33,694 nucleotides of DNA from Dehalococcoidia bacterium (GTDB lineage: Bacteria; Chloroflexota; Dehalococcoidia; UBA2979), in assembly GCA_004297315.1 (NCBI GenBank), contig SCTU01000075.1, positions 1 through 33,694 of the forward strand, in the 5' to 3' direction. The position numbers and the translations under genes are program-made. Of this stretch, positions 28,103 through 33,694 are shown piece after piece. Under the pieces are notes generated by a model. It saw nothing but the letters and a program-made list of their open reading frames with translations, searched no databases and had not been told where the DNA came from. Numbering within the stretch: position 1 is the first letter of the stretch; each line of letters starts with the position of its first letter.

Positions 28103-28914
28103 CTCCGCACCGGCCTCTCCAGGTCGCGCAATGCAGTCACCATGACCAGCGGGACACCAGCTTCTCGTACAGCCTCAGCGATCGCGTGCGCGGCCTCCGG
28201 GTTCGTGTCCGCCTGGTTCACCACGACGGCGAAGGGACGAGGGCCGGCATGCTTTCGCCCGCCCTCCTCGTGCGCCAGCACGCGCGCGACCAGCGCAGCA
28301 TCGCACATGGCGCCTGGCGGCAGCCCCGGCACGATTGCGCGCACGCGCTCCGGCCGGTGGACGTGCGCCCCATCCAGCGGCTGGCCGAGGACGCTCGCGC
28401 CGACGACGGCGACGATATGCGTCGCGGCGTCCGGGATGACCGGCTCGTGTTCTGCCGGGGCCTTGAACGCGCGCGCCCGGCTGCCGTCTGCCTCGACCAG
28501 CACGGCGTCGACGCCCTCGACGGCCGCGAGCGGAGCGACATCCTCCGACGCGATGGGTGCGAGGCGTCCCGCAGGCTGCGGCTCGACGCCCGCCACCACG
28601 AGCACGCCGCGCTCGCCCGCGGCCTGCGCGACCGCCGACGCTGCCGCGCCGGGGCGCGCCTCGACCAGCGAGGGCATCTGCCAGCCGTGCGGCGCCGGCG
28701 TGAAGCGCGCCGTGCCGGTGACGATCGCCCGGCCGCCGAGCGCGGCGACCTCGCGCGCCAGCGCGTACACGAGCGAGGTCTTCCCGCCAGCCCCGACGAC
28801 AGCAACCACGGGGACGCCTCGCGCCTCGTGCAGGGCAAGGGCGTGCCATAGCGGTGCGCGCTGGCGCGCGCCGGCGTCGGCGTTCCGTATCATCGACGAA
28901 GGTCTTGGACTCAC
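28099..28914 (-). CDS. yqeC: YqeC-like selenium-dependent molybdenum hydroxylase accessory protein
   Basis: VVGAGGKTS, VLVEADGS..RAFKAPAEHEPVIP and VHRPE motifs. Start is uncertain (GTG 28914, possibly leaderless after TACCAT, or ATG 28893). Confidence 0.85.
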   Translation of the reverse strand: MSPRPSSMIRNADAGARQRAPLWHALALHEARGVPVVAVVGAGGKTSLVYALAREVAALGGRAIVTGTARFTPAPHGWQMPSLVEARPGAAASAVAQAAGERGVLVVAGVEPQPAGRLAPIASEDVAPLAAVEGVDAVLVEADGSRARAFKAPAEHEPVIPDAATHIVAVVGASVLGQPLDGAHVHRPERVRAIVPGLPPGAMCDAALVARVLAHEEGGRKHAGPRPFAVVVNQADTNPEAAHAIAEAVREAGVPLVMVTALRDLERPVRR

Positions 28915-28949
28915 CGAGCGATGGTAGTGCCGCGCGGACGGCGGTACGG

Positions 28950-29609
28950 ATGGGGGCAAGATTGGCGGCCGAAGCGGATGTGAGCGCCATCATCCTCGCG
29001 GGCGGCCGTTCCTCGCGCATGGGAGAGGACAAGGCGTCGATCGTCCTCCACGGCACGACGCTGCTTCAGCGCGTCGTAAGTGCGGCCGCCGGGGCGGCAT
29101 CGCAGATCGTGCTCGTGCGTGCGCCGGGACAGGCGCTTCCCGCCGTCACGGCCCCCTGCCCGGTCGTGACCGTCGCCGACGCGGTCGCAGGCGAGGGACC
29201 GCTGTTCGGGATGGCGACGGGGCTCGCCGCCGCCACCGGCGAACGCTGCCTCGTGCTCGGCGTGGACATGCCGTTCCTCCAGCCCGCCCTGCTGCGATTG
29301 CTGGCAGGACGGCTGCGCGACGTGCGGGCGGAGTCGGGCGGGCGCTGGGTCGTGCCGATCGCGGAGCGCCGTCCGCAGCCGCTCTGCTCCGCGATCGCCC
29401 GCGACGCGCTCCCCGTCCTACGCGCGCACCTCGACGCTGGCGACCGGGCACCGATGTCCGTTGCCGCAGACCTCGGTCTCGCACGTCTCGACGAGGCCGC
29501 CTGGCGTGCCGCGGACCCCAGCGGCCAGTCGTTCATGGACGTGGACACGCCGGGCGCGCTGGACGCAGCCCGGCAGCATCAACCGGAGCGCCCAGCGCAC
29601 GGAGTCTGA
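28950..29609 (+). CDS. mobA: Molybdenum cofactor guanylyltransferase
   Basis: ILAGGRSSRMGEDKA, GEGPL.G, DMPF, QPLC and SFMDVDTP motifs. Start is approximate. Confidence 0.85.
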   Translation: MGARLAAEADVSAIILAGGRSSRMGEDKASIVLHGTTLLQRVVSAAAGAASQIVLVRAPGQALPAVTAPCPVVTVADAVAGEGPLFGMATGLAAATGERCLVLGVDMPFLQPALLRLLAGRLRDVRAESGGRWVVPIAERRPQPLCSAIARDALPVLRAHLDAGDRAPMSVAADLGLARLDEAAWRAADPSGQSFMDVDTPGALDAARQHQPERPAHGV

Positions 29610-29635
29610 ACACAGAACCCGCTGGAAGGCGCCGG

Positions 29636-29842
29636 TCAGCGACCGCCGTGCCTCTGGTCTTCACCTCGGACTTGAAGGCTTGGTGGCTCTCCCTGCGTGC
29701 CGGCCTGCGCTTCGTCCACGTCCGGTGCGACAAACCGCCCCGTCCGTTCTGGCGTGTGGCGGGCACCGGGGACGTGACGCACCGGCTGGTCCGGGAGGGT
29801 GTCTTCCTCGCCTGGTTGCATCCAGGGTTGCTCGTTCGTCAT
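29636..29842 (-). CDS. Small hydrophilic hypothetical protein, 68 aa
   Basis: Perfect SD AGGAGG 6 nt before the ATG; fills an otherwise empty gap; begins MTNEQPWMQPGEEDTLPDQ. Confidence 0.55.
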   Translation of the reverse strand: MTNEQPWMQPGEEDTLPDQPVRHVPGARHTPERTGRFVAPDVDEAQAGTQGEPPSLQVRGEDQRHGGR

Positions 29843-30079
29843 CGCCGTCCTCCTGGACGCTACAACGTGCCACCGCCGGGGTGTCGTCGAGGTAACGCCT
29901 CGGCCCGCAGCCGTTGCGATTGTGTGCCGGTACGCCGGTCCCGCTCGCTCTGCGCGGGCCCGCGGATTTGCCGCCGGGTACCCTCCCCCCTTTCTGTGCG
30001 CTACCGTGCGCGCGCGGCGTCCGCGGCTCGTCATGGAAACGAGGCGGTTCCCCAACGTCGCGGGGCGGGGCGGAGGACC

Positions 30080-32125
30080 GTGCGACGGCGCACTCGAGTC
30101 TCGATCGGCGCGTCCGTCGCGGGCATCACGCTCGCGCTGTCGGCCCGCTCGCCCGCGTTCTCCGATGCCTACGCGCTGGCCAACGGCGGCTTTGAAGGCG
30201 GCGCGGCCGGATGGGCGCCTCCGGTTGGCGCGGTGCTCGCCGTCGATGCCTCGACCGCACCCGCCGAGGGCGCCAGCGCCGCCCATCTGACCTCGACCGG
30301 CGCGGGGCAAATGTCGCTGACGAGCCAGTATTGGCAATCGCCGGACGCCACGGCGTTCATGTCGTATTCACTGGCCGCGCTCGTGCGTGACAACGACGCC
30401 GCGACGTCCGCGGTCACAGCGCGGCTCGCGGTACTCGACGTGGACCAACGAGTCCTGGACGAAGCCATCAGTCTGCTCGGCGGGAGCGACAGCGCCCCGT
30501 ACCGCCCGATCGCAACGGGCTCGCTCCTGGCGCCTGCCGGGGCGAAGTACCTGCGCGTCACGTTCTCCGCGCAGGCCTCAGCCGCCGGCGCGCGGTTCTC
30601 AGTCGACGGCGTGACGATTACGGCTACCGCGCCGGCCACCCCGATCCCCACGCCCGAGGCACCACCACCCGCGCCCGCCGAGCCGGAGCCGCCCGAGAGC
30701 GTCGCCACACCGACGTCCACACCAACGCCGACTCCGACGCCTCGTTCGACCTCTACGCCGCGGCCTTCGGCGACGCCGCGCATGACCGCGACGCCCACCC
30801 TCACACCGACGGCGGCGCCCCCACCGGGCACAACGCTGCGTAACGCGAATTTCGAGCAGGGCGTCGCGGGGTGGAGCGTCGTCCGCGGCCGCCTGACGGC
30901 CGCCCCCGTGATCGACGGGCTGGGTGCATCGTTGGTACTTACCGCAGACGACCGAGGGACGGCCTGGGTGCAGCAGACCGTCGCGGTCACGCCCGGGAGC
31001 TGGTCGAGCGCCAGCGCCCTCCTCTTGCCGTATGACGGCGTCGAGGCGGCATGGCTCCGGATCGCCTGGTACGCCAGCGCGGACGGCGGTGGAGCGCAGC
31101 TCAGCAGCGAGGACTCGCCCGCCGTCGCCTCTGCCGCACCGCATGCCTTCGTGCAGACCGGCGCGTACGAGGTCGTCTCGACCGGGCCGGTGCAGGCGCC
31201 GGCGGAGGCGCACAGCGCGCGCGTCCGCGTCCTGCTGCGCGCGGCTGGCGACCGCGGGGCATCGGTCCTCATCGACGACGTCACCTTCGAGGCGGCGGAA
31301 CCCGGGGACGCCTCGCCGGTCGCCTCGGCACCCGCGGCACGCATCCGCGCGACGCCGGCCGGCACGCCTGCGCGGCCTGCAGAAGACGCGGCTCGCCTCG
31401 CGGCCACCCCGTCCCCCCTGAACCCGCCCGCGCCGCCGCCGGCGCCGCTCTCTGAGACGCGGGTTGGCGGCCCGGCGGCGCGTGCGCTCCGGATCACGGA
31501 GGTGATGAGCAATCCGCAAGAGTCGGGGGCCGATGGCGACTTCGAGTGGGTTGAGGTGATGAACACTGGCCAGAGCGCAGTCGACCTCGCGGGCCTCGTC
31601 CTGAGCGACCGGCGGTCGGGCAGCGTGCTGCCGCGCTACACGCTCGGGCCGGGCGTGGTCGCTGTCGTCGCCGCGTCGGGTGCTCGGTTGCCTGAGGGCA
31701 CGCCGGTCGTCCGGCTTCCCGGCATGATCGGAAACAGCCTCGGCAACACCGGCGACCGAGTTGCCCTGATCGGCGCTGACGGGCGCGAGATCGACGCGCT
31801 CGCCTACGGGGAGGGTGCCGAGGACGGCGAGGCGGCGGCGCCCGCGCCCGGGCCGGGCCAGTCGCTCGAGCGACTCTTCTCGCCCTCGGGCGTCCTGCTG
31901 GACGTACGCGTGACCGACACGCCGACGCCGGGCCTCCCGCCCGTGCCGGCGAGGGCCCGCGCGACCGAGGCGTCCGATCCGGGATCCGGCCCAACGGCAC
32001 TCGCGGGCCTCGGCGATGGCACTCCCACCTGGGTGGTGCTCGTCGCGCTTGCGGGCGGCCTGCTGGCGGGCGCGGCGGCCACCCGAGCGATCTCTGTCAT
32101 ACGCGGGCGGGACGGAAACCTGTGA
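30080..32125 (+). CDS. Secreted, membrane-anchored protein with two CBM-like domains and a lamin-tail domain
   Basis: Signal peptide ending AYA; two NxxFE..GW beta-sandwich starts; Pro/Thr linkers; LTD motifs ITEVM.NP..EWVEV.N..DL.G..L.D and LGNTGD.V.L; C-terminal TM with basic tail. Start inferred at GTG 30080. Confidence 0.75.
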   Translation: MRRRTRVSIGASVAGITLALSARSPAFSDAYALANGGFEGGAAGWAPPVGAVLAVDASTAPAEGASAAHLTSTGAGQMSLTSQYWQSPDATAFMSYSLAALVRDNDAATSAVTARLAVLDVDQRVLDEAISLLGGSDSAPYRPIATGSLLAPAGAKYLRVTFSAQASAAGARFSVDGVTITATAPATPIPTPEAPPPAPAEPEPPESVATPTSTPTPTPTPRSTSTPRPSATPRMTATPTLTPTAAPPPGTTLRNANFEQGVAGWSVVRGRLTAAPVIDGLGASLVLTADDRGTAWVQQTVAVTPGSWSSASALLLPYDGVEAAWLRIAWYASADGGGAQLSSEDSPAVASAAPHAFVQTGAYEVVSTGPVQAPAEAHSARVRVLLRAAGDRGASVLIDDVTFEAAEPGDASPVASAPAARIRATPAGTPARPAEDAARLAATPSPLNPPAPPPAPLSETRVGGPAARALRITEVMSNPQESGADGDFEWVEVMNTGQSAVDLAGLVLSDRRSGSVLPRYTLGPGVVAVVAASGARLPEGTPVVRLPGMIGNSLGNTGDRVALIGADGREIDALAYGEGAEDGEAAAPAPGPGQSLERLFSPSGVLLDVRVTDTPTPGLPPVPARARATEASDPGSGPTALAGLGDGTPTWVVLVALAGGLLAGAAATRAISVIRGRDGNL

Positions 32126-32165
32126 CGGCGGGGCTCGCTGTTACGATCGATGTGGAGGCCGCCGC

Positions 32166-33089
32166 ATGCCGCACACCATCCTGCTCGCGGAACCGCGCGG
32201 CTTCTGCGCCGGGGTTGTCCGCGCGATCGACGTCCTGAACCAGGTCCTCGACGCCGAATCCGGCCCCGTGTACGCGTTCCACGAGATCGTGCACAACCGC
32301 TACGTGGTCGACGGGTTTCGGGAGCGTGGCGCGATCTTCGTAGAGTCGGTAGACGAAGTCCCGGTGGGGTCGCGGATCGTCTTCTCCGCCCACGGGGTAG
32401 CCCCCGACGTCATTGCCTCGGCGCGTGACCGAGGCTTGCGGGTGATCGACGCCACCTGCCCGCTCGTGACGAAGGTGCACCTCGAAGCAAAGAAGGCGGC
32501 GAAAGACGGCTTCGAGATCCTGCTCGTGGGCCACGAGGGACATGACGAGGTCGAGGGGACGAAGGGCGAAGCGCCCGACCGCACGCGCGTGGTGGACAGC
32601 CGGCGCGACGTGCAAGCCCTCGGCGAGCCGGGACGGCCGGTCTTCGTCGTGACCCAGACCACGCTCTCGGTGGACGACACCGCGGACACCATCGCTGCGG
32701 TGCGGGAGCGCTTCCCATCCGCGCAGATCCGCAACGACATCTGCTACGCGACGACGAACCGCCAGTCGGCGGTCAAGGTGCTGGCGGAGCGCGCTGGCTT
32801 GGTCATCGTGGTCGGCTCGGCGAACTCCTCGAACTCCGTGCGACTGTGCGAGGTGGCCCGCTCGATGGGCACGCCGGCCTACCGCGTGGACGGCATCGCG
32901 GAGATCGACCCCGCCTGGTACGAGGGCGTCGCGGTCGTCGGCCTGACCGCTGGCGCCTCCGTGCCGGACGACCTCCTGCAACCGATCATCGAGGACCTCC
33001 GCGCGCGCGGCGTCACACGGATCGAACCGGTCGTCGTGGCGGAGGAGACAGTGGAGTTCCGGCTGCCGGAGGAACTCGAAGCGCGCTAG
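32166..33089 (+). CDS. ispH: 4-hydroxy-3-methylbut-2-enyl diphosphate reductase
   Basis: PRGFCAGV, EIVHN, SAHG, DATCPLV.KVH, H.EVEG, DICYATTNRQ, SSNS and TAGAS motifs. Confidence 0.97.
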   Translation: MPHTILLAEPRGFCAGVVRAIDVLNQVLDAESGPVYAFHEIVHNRYVVDGFRERGAIFVESVDEVPVGSRIVFSAHGVAPDVIASARDRGLRVIDATCPLVTKVHLEAKKAAKDGFEILLVGHEGHDEVEGTKGEAPDRTRVVDSRRDVQALGEPGRPVFVVTQTTLSVDDTADTIAAVRERFPSAQIRNDICYATTNRQSAVKVLAERAGLVIVVGSANSSNSVRLCEVARSMGTPAYRVDGIAEIDPAWYEGVAVVGLTAGASVPDDLLQPIIEDLRARGVTRIEPVVVAEETVEFRLPEELEAR

Positions 33090-33694
33090 CGGATCACGTA
33101 CCCCACGCCGCGGATCGTGGTCACGATCTGGCCAGCCCCACTTCGCGCGAGCTTGGCGCGCAGACGCGAGATGTGCGCCTCCACGAAATTGCGCGATCCG
33201 AACGTCTCGTAGCCCCAGATCGCGAGCGACAGCGCGTCCGGACTGACGACCTCGCCTCGGCGGTGCAGCAGAAGGCGCAGGACGGCGAACTCCTTGGGCG
33301 TGAGCTCCAGCGGCACGCGCTGGACGAGCACCTCGTGCGACCGCAGCCGGAGGACGAGGCCGCCGGGGCCTTCGAGTTCCTCGACCGCGAAGCCTTCCGT
33401 CCCGCGCGCGCGGCGAAGGAGGGCGCGGGCCCGCCGGCCCAGTTCAGGCACCTCTGCGGGCTTCAAGAGGTAGTCGTCTGCGCCGAGGTCAAGGCCGGAG
33501 ACGCGGTCCGCGACGTTCCCCTTGCTCGTGGTGATGATCACGGGCAGGCCGCTGCGTTCACGCAGGCGGCGAAGCGTCTCGAACCCCGAACGTCCGGGGA
33601 GGTCGATATCGAGGATGACGAGGTCGAACTCGCCCCGGTCGAGCGCCGCAAGCGCAGCCTCGCCGGAATCGGCCACTGAGACACGCGCACCGTC
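33086..33694 (-). CDS. OmpR/PhoB-family response regulator, 5'-partial
   Basis: DLVILDIDLP, GLDLGADDY..KP, LTPKEF, VEAHISRLRAKL and TIRGVGY motifs; the frame runs off the window edge. Confidence 0.93.
   Translation of the reverse strand, partial: DGARVSVADSGEAALAALDRGEFDLVILDIDLPGRSGFETLRRLRERSGLPVIITTSKGNVADRVSGLDLGADDYLLKPAEVPELGRRARALLRRARGTEGFAVEELEGPGGLVLRLRSHEVLVQRVPLELTPKEFAVLRLLLHRRGEVVSPDALSLAIWGYETFGSRNFVEAHISRLRAKLARSGAGQIVTTIRGVGYVIR

Noticed and set aside
30035-30059. GGAAAC-N15-CGTC as an ECF promoter for the LTD gene
   Set aside because: The spacer is shorter than typical and differs from the candidate upstream of the sigma gene; too weak to call.
30630-30820. Repetitive ACGCCG-like runs here and at about 24930-25060 and 25410-25480
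   Set aside because: They encode Pro/Thr linkers within proteins and are not CRISPR or VNTR arrays.

Overview
GC-rich bacterial chromosomal window with about 33 coding regions. The gene families suggest Chloroflexota/Dehalococcoidia, but this is inference only. In order: partial LhgO-like FAD oxidoreductase; MaoC pair; two-domain CaiB CoA-transferase coupled to an Eis acetyltransferase; two hydrolases; two MFS transporters; a CsoR-controlled copper operon (extended CopZ-like protein, csoR, copA); a NapA-type antiporter; an unusual ammonium transporter operon; a TetA(P)-like MFS; SDR; VOC protein; argC; ECF sigma with a FecR-domain anti-sigma; MscS; DUF6159- and DUF1684-like genes; yqeC/mobA; a secreted LTD surface protein; ispH; and a partial OmpR-family regulator. 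I found no rRNA, tRNA, CRISPR array, integrase or transposase. Three items stand out. (1) A candidate nitrogen module: a TPR gene plus an Amt with a ~270-aa N-terminal extension and no adjacent glnK, followed by a 28-aa membrane peptide and a CPA2 antiporter; both promoters carry 11-bp-phased GTCAC/GAAAC repeats like the actinobacterial GlnR box. (2) A 1,588-bp cassette (promoter, leader peptide, TetA(P)-like pump) bounded by a diverged 100-bp duplication of the SDR 3' end, which looks like integration with gene reconstitution. (3) A CopZ fused to an unrecognised Cys/His domain. All calls come from motif recognition by eye; no database searches were run.
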